DNA of 64,000 nt, from assembly GCA_965226885.1 (NCBI GenBank), contig CBDDEL010000013.1:384001-448000 (forward strand), given 5' to 3'. The stretch is from Opitutales bacterium. Lineage in GTDB: Bacteria; Verrucomicrobiota; Verrucomicrobiia; Opitutales; UBA2987. The translations under genes and the position numbers were made by a program. Positions within the stretch are counted from its first letter, which is position 1. Every line of letters starts with the position of its first letter. A model generated the notes under the pieces. That model worked only from the letters and a program-made list of their open reading frames with translations, was not told where the DNA came from and did no database searches. Below are positions 43,215 through 53,336 of this stretch, in pieces.

Positions 43215-43922
43215 ATGAGTTCCAACGATCCATTCTGCGTCCAGGCCCGAGCTTTGTTGCTGCGGGAAAAATCCGGGGTTCTCTCTACTCTATCGGTCGA
43301 TGTTCCTGGCTACCCGTTTGGTTCGGTTGTGCCCTATTGCCTTGATGGGCAAGGGAATCCACTCATTTACATCAGCGATATCGCCCAACACTCGAAAAAC
43401 ATCGACCATGATGGCAGGGTTTCCATCACCATCCAGGCCGGTGACGACGATGATGTTCAGGCCGTCGCTCGTTTGACCCTCCTGGCTGATGCGGAAAACC
43501 TGGACCCCGATGAGCAGGAACTGAAAAGACGTTACGGGCGTTTTTTCCCTTCTTCCGGCGATTACACTCAGGCTCACGGGTTCTTTTTTTGCCGGTTGCG
43601 GGTGGTCAAAGCCCGGTATATCGGCGGGTTTGGGGATGTTTTCTGGTTTAAGGCGGATGATTTACTGCTTCCCAATCCATTTTTTTCGGAAGATGAGGAA
43701 AAGGCCATTTCGCACATGAACGAAGACCACATGCCTTTTTTACAAAATTGTTTACCCCCGATGGATGATTCTGTTTCCCATGAAAGTCGAAGCGTGGTCA
43801 TGGTTGGGATGGATGGAGAGGGTTTCGATCTCCTGTCCGGAATGTCCCATTTTCGTTTTTCATTTCCCAAACCTGTCCAGAACCTCAAAGAGGCGCGCAC
43901 AGTCTTCAAGTCAATGGCCTGA
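43215..43922 (+). CDS. HugZ-family heme-utilisation / PNPOx-like protein with a DUF2470-like tail
   Basis: GVLSTLS…GYPFGSVVPY, ISDIAQH..N, RYIGGFG, HMNEDH. Confidence 0.87.
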   Translation: MSSNDPFCVQARALLLREKSGVLSTLSVDVPGYPFGSVVPYCLDGQGNPLIYISDIAQHSKNIDHDGRVSITIQAGDDDDVQAVARLTLLADAENLDPDEQELKRRYGRFFPSSGDYTQAHGFFFCRLRVVKARYIGGFGDVFWFKADDLLLPNPFFSEDEEKAISHMNEDHMPFLQNCLPPMDDSVSHESRSVVMVGMDGEGFDLLSGMSHFRFSFPKPVQNLKEARTVFKSMA

Positions 43923-44015
43923 ATGTGGGTGGTTTGGATTGAAAATAATACTGTTGCGATTTTTTGCCGGCAAAATTTACTGGCCACCCTGTAATTTCTT
44001 CCATTTGCAAGACCT

Positions 44016-44969
44016 ATGAAGGTTACTGAATATTTGAAAAAGGCGGATGGGCCGCTAGTCACCATCGAAATCATACCTCCGTTGAAAGGCGTGGGCATTG
44101 ATTCGATTTACAACAGCATCGACCCGTTGATGGAGTTCAAACCCTTCGCCATCAATGTCACCTACCATCAGGAAGAGTATGAGTTCCGGAAAATGCCCAA
44201 TGGCCTGCACAAACGATTCAGCGTGCGCAAGCGGCCCGGCACGGTGGGCATATCGGCAGCCCTTGGGTATCGATACGAGGTGGAATCGGTTCCCCACCTC
44301 ATTTGTGGCGGTTTTACCAGGGAGGAAACCGAAAACGCCCTCATTGATCTGAATTTTCTCGGCATCAACAACATTTTGGCCATCAGGGGCGACCCTCCCA
44401 ATAACGGAAAAAGATTTATCCCCGAACCGGACGGCAATGTTTACGCCCTCGATTTGATTCGACAAATTGCCGATATGAATAATGGCCGTTACCTTTACGA
44501 GGATCTGGACAATGCCACCAATTCGGATTTTTGCATCGGGGTGGCCGGTTATCCGGAAAAACATTTCGAGGCTCCCAATATGGCCACCGATTTGAAGTAT
44601 TTGAAGAAAAAGGTGGAAGCCGGGGCCGATTACATTGTCACGCAGATGTTTTACGATAACCGGATGTTTTTCGAATTCGAGCGCCGGTGCAGGGAAATCG
44701 GCATTGAGGTTCCCATCATTCCGGGAATCAAGCTGCTGGCCGTGAAGACGCATCTCAATATTCTTCCCAGCGTGTTTCATGTCAATATACCGGAAGAGTT
44801 GTCGGCGGAAGTCGAAAAATGCCGTGACAACAAGGAGGTGCGCGACATCGGCATCCAGTGGGGCATACAGCAGTGCAAGGAGTTACTCGAACACGGCGTT
44901 CCTTGCCTCCATTTTTACATCATGGGCAAAAGTTACGGCACCAAAAAAGTGCTCGAAGCTCTTTTCTGA
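44016..44969 (+). CDS. metF: 5,10-methylenetetrahydrofolate reductase
   Basis: EIIPP, VTY, HLICGGF, AIRGDPP, VAGYPEKH, TQMFYD, HFY. Confidence 0.93.
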   Translation: MKVTEYLKKADGPLVTIEIIPPLKGVGIDSIYNSIDPLMEFKPFAINVTYHQEEYEFRKMPNGLHKRFSVRKRPGTVGISAALGYRYEVESVPHLICGGFTREETENALIDLNFLGINNILAIRGDPPNNGKRFIPEPDGNVYALDLIRQIADMNNGRYLYEDLDNATNSDFCIGVAGYPEKHFEAPNMATDLKYLKKKVEAGADYIVTQMFYDNRMFFEFERRCREIGIEVPIIPGIKLLAVKTHLNILPSVFHVNIPEELSAEVEKCRDNKEVRDIGIQWGIQQCKELLEHGVPCLHFYIMGKSYGTKKVLEALF

Positions 44970-45047
44970 ACAGCCCCGTCCGCTTGCATTATGGTTGCTG
45001 GTGTAACGTCTTAAAATGATTGCCAGGGTTCCACCCCATTTGTCACA

Positions 45048-46793
45048 ATGGTTACCATGAACCGCTATAAATTCACCTCAAACGTTTATGTACCATTACA
45101 TATCTTCCTTTTCCTCTTCCTATTTTTCAGCCTCCCTTACCCGCATCTCATGAGCGCCGATCGCATAACCGGCAAACCCTTTGCCACGCGATCGGAGGTG
45201 ATTGCCCGCCATGCCATGGCCGCCACCAGCCAACCCCTGGCCACCCAGGCGGCTCTGGATATCATGAAACAAGGGGGCAACGCCATTGATGCGGCCATCG
45301 CCGCCAATGCCGTCCTCGGGCTGGTCGAGCCGACCGGCAATGGCATCGGCGGGGACCTCTTCGCCATCGTCTGGCATAATGAATCGCGGAAGTTGCACGG
45401 GCTCAATGCCAGTGGACGGTCTCCCCAAAGCCTGACTCTGGAGGAATTCAAGAAACGCGGGCTGACCAAAGTCCCTTCCCACGGGCCTCTGCCGGTTTCG
45501 GTTCCCGGCTGCGTCGATGGTTGGTTCGAGCTGCATGAGAAGTTTGGCAGCCTGTCCATGGAGGAAATCCTCGCTCCGGCCATCCGCTACGCGCGGGAAG
45601 GATTTCCCGTCACCGAATTGATCGCCTTTTACTGGGGGCGAAGCGTTCCCGTGCAGGAAGAATGGCCCGGCTTCAGGGAAACCTATATGCCGGGCGGGAG
45701 AGCTCCGCGTAAGGGTGAGATATTTAAAAACCCCATGCTGGCCAATACGCTGGAAAAAATCGCCAAGGGTGGGCGGGACGTTTATTACCGCGGAGAAATC
45801 GCCCGAACCATCGATGCTTTTATGAAACGAGAGGGCGGTTTCCTCTCCTACGACGACCTCGCCTCTCACACTTCAGATTGGGTGGAGCCAGTTTCAACCG
45901 ATTACCGCGGTTACACCGTCTGGGAGATTCCCCCCAACGGCCAGGGCATCGCCGCCTTGCAAATCCTCAACATTCTGGAGGGTTTCGATATTCGCGGAAT
46001 GGGTTTCGGCAGCCAGGAATATGTGCATCACTTCGTCGAGGCGAAGAAACTGGCCTTCGAGGACCGGGCCAAATTTTACGCCGATCCCGCCTTCAATGAA
46101 ATCCCCACAAAGGCCCTCATATCCAAGGCTTACGCCGCCCAAAGACGCCAGCTAATCCATCCCGCGCGCGCCTCCGAAAGCTACCCGCCGGGCGACCTTG
46201 TCCTGGAAAACGGGGATACCATCTACCTGAGCGTGGCCGACAAAGACCGCAACATGGTCTCCCTCATCCAGAGTAATTACCGCGGAATGGGCTCAGGCAT
46301 GTGCCCCGAAGGGCTCGGCTTCAACCTGCAGGACCGGGGCGAGTTGTTCAACCTGCAGGAAGGCCATTTCAACACCTATGCTCCCGGCAAGAGGCCCTTT
46401 CACACCATCATCCCCGCCTTTGTCACCAGGGACGGGAAACCCTACATGAGTTTCGGCATCATGGGCGGCGCCACCCAGCCCCAGGGGCACGCCCAAATCA
46501 TCATTAACATGGTCGATTTCGACATGAACCTGCAGGAAGCCGGGGACGCCCCCCGCATCCTCCACAGCTATTCCTCCCAACCCACCGGCGAAGTCATGAC
46601 CGACGGCGGCCTCGTCACCCTGGAAACCGGATTCCCCTACGAGACGGTTCGGGAATTGGACCTCATGGGGCACAAAATAGGGGTCAACGTGGGTCCCTAC
46701 GGAGGCTACCAGGCCATCCTCTACGACGCCCAAAACGACGTTTACTACGGCGCCAGTGAATCCCGCAAAGACGGCCACGCCGCCGGGTATTGA
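45048..46793 (+). CDS. ggt: Gamma-glutamyltransferase
   Basis: GGNAIDAAIA, GIGGDLF, PPNGQG, Thr nucleophile in DTIYLSVAD, PGKRPFHTIIP. Confidence 0.92.
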   Translation: MVTMNRYKFTSNVYVPLHIFLFLFLFFSLPYPHLMSADRITGKPFATRSEVIARHAMAATSQPLATQAALDIMKQGGNAIDAAIAANAVLGLVEPTGNGIGGDLFAIVWHNESRKLHGLNASGRSPQSLTLEEFKKRGLTKVPSHGPLPVSVPGCVDGWFELHEKFGSLSMEEILAPAIRYAREGFPVTELIAFYWGRSVPVQEEWPGFRETYMPGGRAPRKGEIFKNPMLANTLEKIAKGGRDVYYRGEIARTIDAFMKREGGFLSYDDLASHTSDWVEPVSTDYRGYTVWEIPPNGQGIAALQILNILEGFDIRGMGFGSQEYVHHFVEAKKLAFEDRAKFYADPAFNEIPTKALISKAYAAQRRQLIHPARASESYPPGDLVLENGDTIYLSVADKDRNMVSLIQSNYRGMGSGMCPEGLGFNLQDRGELFNLQEGHFNTYAPGKRPFHTIIPAFVTRDGKPYMSFGIMGGATQPQGHAQIIINMVDFDMNLQEAGDAPRILHSYSSQPTGEVMTDGGLVTLETGFPYETVRELDLMGHKIGVNVGPYGGYQAILYDAQNDVYYGASESRKDGHAAGY

Positions 46794-46837
46794 TCCGACT
46801 ATTTTACGCGACCATCGACCTTCTCGTTCCCTAAATA

Positions 46838-48664
46838 GAGGCTGTCCCAAAAATATAAAGATTTTATAGTCAACTGGATGACGTTGATAAAAAGAGCCGG
46901 AAAGAGCAAGTTTTTGCTCGATCCGGCCAAAAAAGGGTTCTATAATTGAGTTAGCGAAAATCAATATAGCCCTTTCTATGAAAAACTATGAAAAATATAG
47001 CCATCCAATGCCTCCTGCGTCCAGCTTTAACTGTGGTCGACCGGTGCCTCGATTACGATAACTTCCGCGCCACCATTGATCGAATCGATCGGCTGCTGAT
47101 CGACTCGGAGGTGGAATCGCAGGCCATTGAGCTGGCCTTGGAGGGGTGGCCGCCAATGGGTCTAAAGGCCCGGCGGCAGCGGGCCAGTTTTGCCATCAAG
47201 GCACTGCGCATGGATACGCTGGGCCGTCTGCTCGGAGGGATTTCGTTTCGGCATTTGTCGCGGGCTCTGGGCAGCAGCGATCTGTTGGCCGACTTTTGCC
47301 GTGTCCGGCAGATCGATGGCATCAGGGGCATCTCCAAAAGCACCCTGGAGCGGGCCTCGAAGTTTTTCAGCGAAGAGCAGTTGAGGGCCTTGCACCGGAC
47401 CTTGACTGAGGTGGTGGGCGATGCCCTTCTGGCCCGGCAGGTGGGATTGGACAAGCCGATTGACACCACCATTTGCCTGATCGACGGCACCTGTTTGGAG
47501 GCTAACATTCATTGGCCGACGGACTGGGTATTACTCAAGGATGTAGCCGGCACGTTGCTCAAAGCGATCCGGCTGATCCGCGAGAAGGCCGGTGTGCGCC
47601 ATCGCATGCCGATCGAACCGGAGCCCTTGGCTCGGCAGATGAATCGGCTGTGCATACAGATGACCCACAGCCGGCGGCGAAAGGACAGCGCGCGGCAGCG
47701 CAAGGGTATCTTGAGGCAGATGAAAAAGCTGCTCAAACGGATCGGGGAGCATGCCCGCAGTCACCGGGAATTATTGCAAGCCTGCTGGGAGCAAAGCGAT
47801 TACAGCGAAAAACAGGTCCAACAGATCCTCGCCCGGATGGAGCGCATGAGCGAGCAAATCCCGGTGGTCATCAAACAGGCGCACGAGCGGATCATTGGCG
47901 GCCGGCAGGTGAAAAACGCAGAGAAAGTCTTGAGTGTTTACGAACTCGATGGGCAGGTGATTGTGCGAGGTAAAGCGGGCCAAGAGGTCGAGTTCGGCAA
48001 CACCCTGTTTTTGGGAGAAAGCGTTGAAGGGTACCTGCTGGACTGGAAACTCTACGGCAGCCGAACTCCAAGCGAAAATGAACAAATGCAAGAGAGTTTG
48101 CAAAGACAGAACCGCTTCAACCTGGAAGAACCCATAGCGGCCATGTGCGCGGACCGGGGATTTGCCTCCCAGCGGGCCCGCCGGCAGTTAGCCCAGGAGG
48201 GAATCTACGACGCGCTCTGTCCACGCGATCCGAAGCAGTTGAAAAAACGGATGGAGGAACCACTGTTCAGGCAATTGCAAAAGCGCCGGGCCAGCACCGA
48301 AGGGCGGATCGGGGTATTGAAGAATCGCTGGCAGGCCGGGCGGTTGCGCAGCAAAGGCTTTGCCAACCGCTCGATCAGCGTAGCCTGGTCGGTACTCTCG
48401 CACAACCTATGGAAAGTAGCCAAGATGCTGGCCCAGCAAGACGAACTAAAAACCAAAGCGGCGGCCTAGAGAGCGGAAAAGCAAGGACAATACTTTTTCA
48501 CAGCCGTACTGTCGGCTCATACAAAGAAACCCAGGCAACCGGACCCCAAAACCAGTATCCTAACGTCATAGGAGAGCAAAGTTGATACTCTCCCAAATGC
48601 AAATACCTCTAAAATGAGCGCCTATCAAAAGCCCTCGCAAAAATCACCCTTTTGGGACAGCCTC
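46838..48664 (+). mobile_element. IS5/ISNCY-like element (1827 bp, complete)
   Basis: 15-bp IRs; TAAATA repeated on both flanks (46832-46837, 48665-48670); 10 bp longer than the other copy because CTATGAAAAA is duplicated. Confidence 0.92.
46988..48469 (+). CDS. IS5/ISNCY-like transposase
   Basis: Near-identical to 38714-40195. Confidence 0.88.
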   Translation: MKNIAIQCLLRPALTVVDRCLDYDNFRATIDRIDRLLIDSEVESQAIELALEGWPPMGLKARRQRASFAIKALRMDTLGRLLGGISFRHLSRALGSSDLLADFCRVRQIDGIRGISKSTLERASKFFSEEQLRALHRTLTEVVGDALLARQVGLDKPIDTTICLIDGTCLEANIHWPTDWVLLKDVAGTLLKAIRLIREKAGVRHRMPIEPEPLARQMNRLCIQMTHSRRRKDSARQRKGILRQMKKLLKRIGEHARSHRELLQACWEQSDYSEKQVQQILARMERMSEQIPVVIKQAHERIIGGRQVKNAEKVLSVYELDGQVIVRGKAGQEVEFGNTLFLGESVEGYLLDWKLYGSRTPSENEQMQESLQRQNRFNLEEPIAAMCADRGFASQRARRQLAQEGIYDALCPRDPKQLKKRMEEPLFRQLQKRRASTEGRIGVLKNRWQAGRLRSKGFANRSISVAWSVLSHNLWKVAKMLAQQDELKTKAAA

Positions 48665-49650
48665 TAAATATACCCGTTGGGGTGGGATTGATGCCAGTTC
48701 CAGGCGGTGGCGATGATGGGTTCGAGGCCGGGGTATTGGATTTTCCAGTTTAATTCTTTTTGGGCTTTGCTGGAATCGGCGTAGAGGGAGGGTGGATCTC
48801 CGGGGCGGCGGGGGCCTTCCTGGACGGGCACTTTCAGGCTGGAAACTTTTTCCACCGTCGCAATGACTTCGCGCACTGAGTGGGGTTGGCCGGTTCCCAG
48901 GTTGTAAAAGAGTTGTCGGCCCGGCTCCGCCAGCTTGGGGATGGCGGCGATGTGGGCGCGTGAGAGGTCGTCCACATGCACGTAGTCGCGCAGGCAGGTG
49001 CCGTCCGGGGTGGGGTAGTCGGTCCCAAAAATGGCGATATTTTTCCGCTGCCCCATGGCCGCTTCGATGACCAGAGGGATGAGGTGGGTTTCCGGGTCGT
49101 GGTCTTCGCCGATGGAGCCATCCTCGGCGGCCCCGGCGGCGTTGAAGTAGCGGAAGGCGGCGAAGCTCAGCCCGTGGGCCTCGGCCGTTGCCTTCAAAAT
49201 ATTTTCCAGGTCGAGCTTGGTTTGGCCATAGGGATTGATCGGTTTTTGCGGGGTCTCCTCGACAATGGGCAGTTCCGCGGGGATGCCATAGGTTGCGCAG
49301 GTGGAGGAAAGGATGAAATTGCCGACGCCGCAGTCCAACATCGTTTTGAGAAGGGTGATCGGTTTGGCCAGGTTGTTCTCGTAGTATTTGAGGGGATTTT
49401 CCACCGATTCGCCGACATAGGCAAAGGCCGCGAAGTGCATCACCAGTTCGGTTTTTTCCCGCTCAAATATTTCCTTAACCAAGGCGGAATCTCCCAGGTC
49501 GCCCTCATAAAAGGCTATTTCTGGAGAAACAGCTTCGCGGTGGCCGAACACCAGGTTGTCCAAAACCACCGGCTGATGCCCCGCCGCTGTGAGTTGCCGC
49601 ACACAATGGCTGCCGATATAACCGGCCCCTCCAACTACAAGCACGTTCAT
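48664..49650 (-). CDS. galE: UDP-glucose 4-epimerase
   Basis: GGAGYIGSH, HFAA..VGES, YGQTK, RYFNAAGA, DGTCLRDYVHV. Confidence 0.95.
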   Translation of the reverse strand: MNVLVVGGAGYIGSHCVRQLTAAGHQPVVLDNLVFGHREAVSPEIAFYEGDLGDSALVKEIFEREKTELVMHFAAFAYVGESVENPLKYYENNLAKPITLLKTMLDCGVGNFILSSTCATYGIPAELPIVEETPQKPINPYGQTKLDLENILKATAEAHGLSFAAFRYFNAAGAAEDGSIGEDHDPETHLIPLVIEAAMGQRKNIAIFGTDYPTPDGTCLRDYVHVDDLSRAHIAAIPKLAEPGRQLFYNLGTGQPHSVREVIATVEKVSSLKVPVQEGPRRPGDPPSLYADSSKAQKELNWKIQYPGLEPIIATAWNWHQSHPNGYI

Positions 49651-49803
49651 AGCCGGAATCTTGGCAAATTAACCCGAAATTACTAGATTTATCTCAATAT
49701 TAACTCCCCACAGAGCCGGTCGCAGAGAGCATTGGCTTTGTGCGCCCATGGTATAATATTGACACTGCGTGGACAACTTTCCGTTTTATTGGGGTTTTTC
49801 TCC

Positions 49804-51039
49804 ATGATTGATAGCCGCATAGTGATCACCGGGTTGGGCTTGACCGCGCCCAATGGCAATACTTTGTCCGAGTTTCGTGAAAACCTCCTCGCCGGGGTGG
49901 CCAAAATCGAGATGCTCGATATGCGTTATATAGGGCCAGCGCCGGCCGGGGTTTGCCATTTCGAGACCGGGAAATACCAGAAGCGTAAGGAGATTCGTAA
50001 CGGCACGCGGGCCGGGAGCATCGGTATTTACTGCGCACGCGAAGCTCTCGCGGACTCCCGGCTCGATTGGGAGTCTTTTGACAAATCGCAGGCGGGCATT
50101 TATTTAGGGATTACCGAGCACGGCAATGTGGAGACCGAGAACGAGGTCTATAACATCTCACAGTTCGATTATGATACCCGCTTCTGGAGTCACCACCACA
50201 ACCCCCGCACGGTGGCCAACAACCCGGCCGGGGAGGCATCCATCAACCTCGGCGTGACCGGGCCCCACTACACTATTGGGGCCGCTTGTGCCGCCGGCAA
50301 TGCCGGGTTGATCCAGGGGATGCAAATGCTGCGGCTGGGCGAGGTCGATTTTGCCTTCACGGGAGGCGTCAGCGAAAGTATTCACACTTTCGGCATTTTT
50401 GCCGGTTTCAAGAGCCAGGGGGCACTGGCCAAACATGAAGATCCGGCCAAAGCCAGCCGCCCCTTCGATGTCGGCCGCAACGGTATCGTGGTCAGCGAGG
50501 GCGGAGCCGTTTACACCCTGGAACGGCTGGAGGATGCCCTGGCCCGCGGAGCCCCCATTGTGGCCGAGATCGCCGGTTATCACATCAACTCCGATGCCGG
50601 CGACGCGGTCCTGCCCGATCCCGTGCGGCAGGCGCAGTGTGTGCGGGCCGCTCTTTCCATGTCCGGTTTGCAGCCCCGTGAGATAGACATCGTCAACACC
50701 CACGCTACGGCCACTCCGCAGGGCGACATTCAGGAGTGCCGAGCATTACGGGAGGTATTCACCGATTGCCCGGAAACTTATTTCAACAACACCAAAAGCT
50801 ACATCGGCCATGCCATGGGCGCCGCCGGTGCCCTCGAACTGGCGGGTAACATTCCCGCTTTTGAAGACTTGACAGTGCACCCGACCATCAACATTGATGA
50901 GCTTGACGAAGAGTGCAAATTGCCCAACTTGGTGATTAACCACTCCTTGAAGGTCTCTAAAGTCGATTGCATCCTCAACAACTCATTCGGGATGTTGGGG
51001 ATCAACTCCTGCCTGATTATAAAAAGATTTACAGAATAG
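49804..51039 (+). CDS. Beta-ketoacyl-ACP synthase (FabB/FabF family)
   Basis: Cys-His-His triad: AACAAG, HATAT, KSYIGHAMGAAG; NSFG. Confidence 0.92.
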   Translation: MIDSRIVITGLGLTAPNGNTLSEFRENLLAGVAKIEMLDMRYIGPAPAGVCHFETGKYQKRKEIRNGTRAGSIGIYCAREALADSRLDWESFDKSQAGIYLGITEHGNVETENEVYNISQFDYDTRFWSHHHNPRTVANNPAGEASINLGVTGPHYTIGAACAAGNAGLIQGMQMLRLGEVDFAFTGGVSESIHTFGIFAGFKSQGALAKHEDPAKASRPFDVGRNGIVVSEGGAVYTLERLEDALARGAPIVAEIAGYHINSDAGDAVLPDPVRQAQCVRAALSMSGLQPREIDIVNTHATATPQGDIQECRALREVFTDCPETYFNNTKSYIGHAMGAAGALELAGNIPAFEDLTVHPTINIDELDEECKLPNLVINHSLKVSKVDCILNNSFGMLGINSCLIIKRFTE

Positions 51040-51066
51040 AGATTATTCTTTTATAACTGCTCTCTT

Positions 51067-51324
51067 ATGACAAATGAAGATGCCCATAGACTCGTCCTGG
51101 AAATTATCGCGGAAATAGCCCCCGATGAAGACCTCAGCGACGTCAAGCCAGAGATCAACCTGCGCGACCAGTTGGATCTCGATTCGATGGATTTTTTAGA
51201 TATTGTCATGGAATTACGGAAAAAATACGGCATCGAAGTGCCGGAGGAGGAATATCATCATTTGGCCTCCCTCGAAAGCAGCGCCGCATACCTGATTCCA
51301 AAATTCAAATCGGTGAGCGCCTGA
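51067..51324 (+). CDS. Acyl carrier protein
   Basis: LDSMDFLDIVMELRK phosphopantetheine motif. Confidence 0.93.
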   Translation: MTNEDAHRLVLEIIAEIAPDEDLSDVKPEINLRDQLDLDSMDFLDIVMELRKKYGIEVPEEEYHHLASLESSAAYLIPKFKSVSA

Positions 51325-51326
51325 AC

Positions 51327-51357
51327 GGCCCTGGCCTCATTAACCGGGGGGCCTTTT
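51327..51357 (+). terminator. Possible intrinsic terminator or stabilising hairpin after the ACP gene
   Basis: GGCCCTGG…CCGGGGGGCC followed by TTTT. Confidence 0.35.
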
Positions 51358-51367
51358 ACTTTTCCCT

Positions 51368-52792
51368 TTGGAAATTTCTGCCAACTCCCATTTTGAAACG
51401 GTCATTATTGGCGCCGGTATGTCTGGATTGGCGGCCGGCATCCGCTTGGCTATGTTCGGGCGCGATGTATTGATCCTGGAGCGCCACAACGCGGCAGGAG
51501 GACTTAACAGCTTTTACAGCTTTGACGGACGGAAGTTCGACGTCGGGCTGCATGCCGTGACTAATTACGTGGACAAGGGAGTAAAGGGGACGCCCCTGGG
51601 GAAACTCTTTCGCCAATTGCGGATAAGGCGCGAAGATTTCGGCCTCTGCCCGCAAATGGGCTCCCGGGTGGCCTTTCCCGGTATCGATCTGCGGTTTACC
51701 AATGACTTCGAGGTGCTTGTGTCCGAAGTTGACCGGCATTTTCCACGCCAAATAGATAATTTCCGGCGTCTCATCCGGGAAATCGATGATCATGATCCTT
51801 TTCAACTGGAAGGGAAAGAATTCTCGGCCCGCAAGATCGTTTCCAGCTACATAAGCGATCCTTTGCTGGAGGACATGCTGTTTTGCCCGCTCATGTATTA
51901 TGGCAGCGCCAGTGAAATGGATATGGATTTCGGGCAATTCGCCATCATGTTCAACTCGATTTACCGGGAGGGCTTCGCCCGGCCCTTGGATGGAGTTCGG
52001 CGAATCATCCGTGTCATGCTGGCGCGATACCGGGAGCTTGGCGGCAAGCGCAAAATGAAATGCGGAGTGCTCCAGATTCTCAGCTCCAAAGAACGGGCCC
52101 GTGAACTATGGCTCGATAATGGCGAGGTTATTACGGCCGATCATGTGCTTTCCTCCATAGGGCTTGTCGAAACCGAAAGGCTCTGCCAGGACCTCCAGCC
52201 GGACCCGGACCCTTCAAAGGTCGGCAATTTATCCTTCGTCGAGACCATCAACATTCTCAATCTCCAGCCCGTGGAACTGGGATGGGATGACACCATTATT
52301 TTTTTCAACGACCATGAACGCTTTATTTATGCCTGCCCCCAAGACCTAGTGGACCCTCGCAGCGGTGTCATTTGTTTCCCCAACAACTATCGATACAGCG
52401 AAGGCAATCAATTGCCCGAGGGAGTTTTCCGGGTGACCTGCCTGGCCGATTACGAAAAATGGTCAACTTTGCCCGAAGAAAATTACCGGGAAGCGAAAAA
52501 TCATTGGCACGAGCGTCTGGCCCAAAAGGCCATGGAGTTTTTGAAACCGGTTTCCAAAGAATGCCTGGACGATTGCACCATCTACCAGGATATGTTCACA
52601 CCCCGAACCATCAAAAAATACACCGGGCACCTGGGTGGCGCTGTTTACGGGTCGCCCCAAAAAGTGAAAGACGGGCGCACTCGACTGAAAAATGTTTATC
52701 TATGCGGGACCGACCAGGGATTTCTGGGAATCATCGGGGCCATGCTGAGCGGCATTTCCATGGCCAATTTCCATATTTTGAGAAAAACGTGA
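51368..52792 (+). CDS. Phytoene desaturase-family NAD(P)/FAD oxidoreductase
   Basis: IIGAGMSGL…LERH..AGG, FDVGLH, TP.T…G.VYG, CGTDQGFLGIIGAMLSG. Confidence 0.87.
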   Translation: MEISANSHFETVIIGAGMSGLAAGIRLAMFGRDVLILERHNAAGGLNSFYSFDGRKFDVGLHAVTNYVDKGVKGTPLGKLFRQLRIRREDFGLCPQMGSRVAFPGIDLRFTNDFEVLVSEVDRHFPRQIDNFRRLIREIDDHDPFQLEGKEFSARKIVSSYISDPLLEDMLFCPLMYYGSASEMDMDFGQFAIMFNSIYREGFARPLDGVRRIIRVMLARYRELGGKRKMKCGVLQILSSKERARELWLDNGEVITADHVLSSIGLVETERLCQDLQPDPDPSKVGNLSFVETINILNLQPVELGWDDTIIFFNDHERFIYACPQDLVDPRSGVICFPNNYRYSEGNQLPEGVFRVTCLADYEKWSTLPEENYREAKNHWHERLAQKAMEFLKPVSKECLDDCTIYQDMFTPRTIKKYTGHLGGAVYGSPQKVKDGRTRLKNVYLCGTDQGFLGIIGAMLSGISMANFHILRKT

Positions 52793-52807
52793 TGCCGGAA
52801 GGAGGTT

Positions 52808-52918
52808 TCAATCATGAAACACGATATACAAAGTTTGCAGCAATATGTAAGCAAGTACGGCTATGAAAACCCATAACAACGGTACAGGTTTCGGTGTTTC
52901 ATCGGGCTCCTTTTCCAT
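52808..52918 (-). CDS. Putative 36-aa single-TM small protein
   Basis: MEKEPDETPKPVPLLWVFIAVLAYILLQTLYIVFHD. Confidence 0.45.
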   Translation of the reverse strand: MEKEPDETPKPVPLLWVFIAVLAYILLQTLYIVFHD

Positions 52919-53030
52919 CAAGGTTTTTTTCTTTCTGCTGCTATTGGTAAATTTAATCAAATGAATTGTCTGCCGATGACAATTGCTGTAATATTCAAGA
53001 CCCCTCAACTTTTTTATCATCACCGCGATC

Positions 53031-53336
53031 ATGACCAGAATTTTTCAGGCATCAGCCACCCAGACGACGACCGAGGTGGCTGCCGATACCAAAACCCAGC
53101 TTTCTCCTCCCTGGCATGTGATCGTTCTTAACGATCCGGTGAATTTAATGTCCTATGTGGTGGTGGTGTTGCGCAAAGTCTTTGGTTTCAACCATGAAAT
53201 AGCGCGCAAACACATGCTTGAAGTTCACGAGTTGGGCCGTTCACGCGTGTGGACTGGAGAGCGGGAACAAGCGGAAGCCTATACCCACACCCTGCACCAA
53301 TGGCAGCTCAATGCCATCCTTGAGCACGATGATTAA
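53031..53336 (+). CDS. clpS: ATP-dependent Clp protease adaptor ClpS
   Basis: WHVIVLNDPVNLMSYV…MLEVHELG. Confidence 0.92.
   Translation: MTRIFQASATQTTTEVAADTKTQLSPPWHVIVLNDPVNLMSYVVVVLRKVFGFNHEIARKHMLEVHELGRSRVWTGEREQAEAYTHTLHQWQLNAILEHDD

Noticed and set aside
48470..48664. ncRNA in the 195-nt 3' end of the ISNCY-like element
   Set aside because: Only short competing hairpins, and the two copies are too similar to give covariation support
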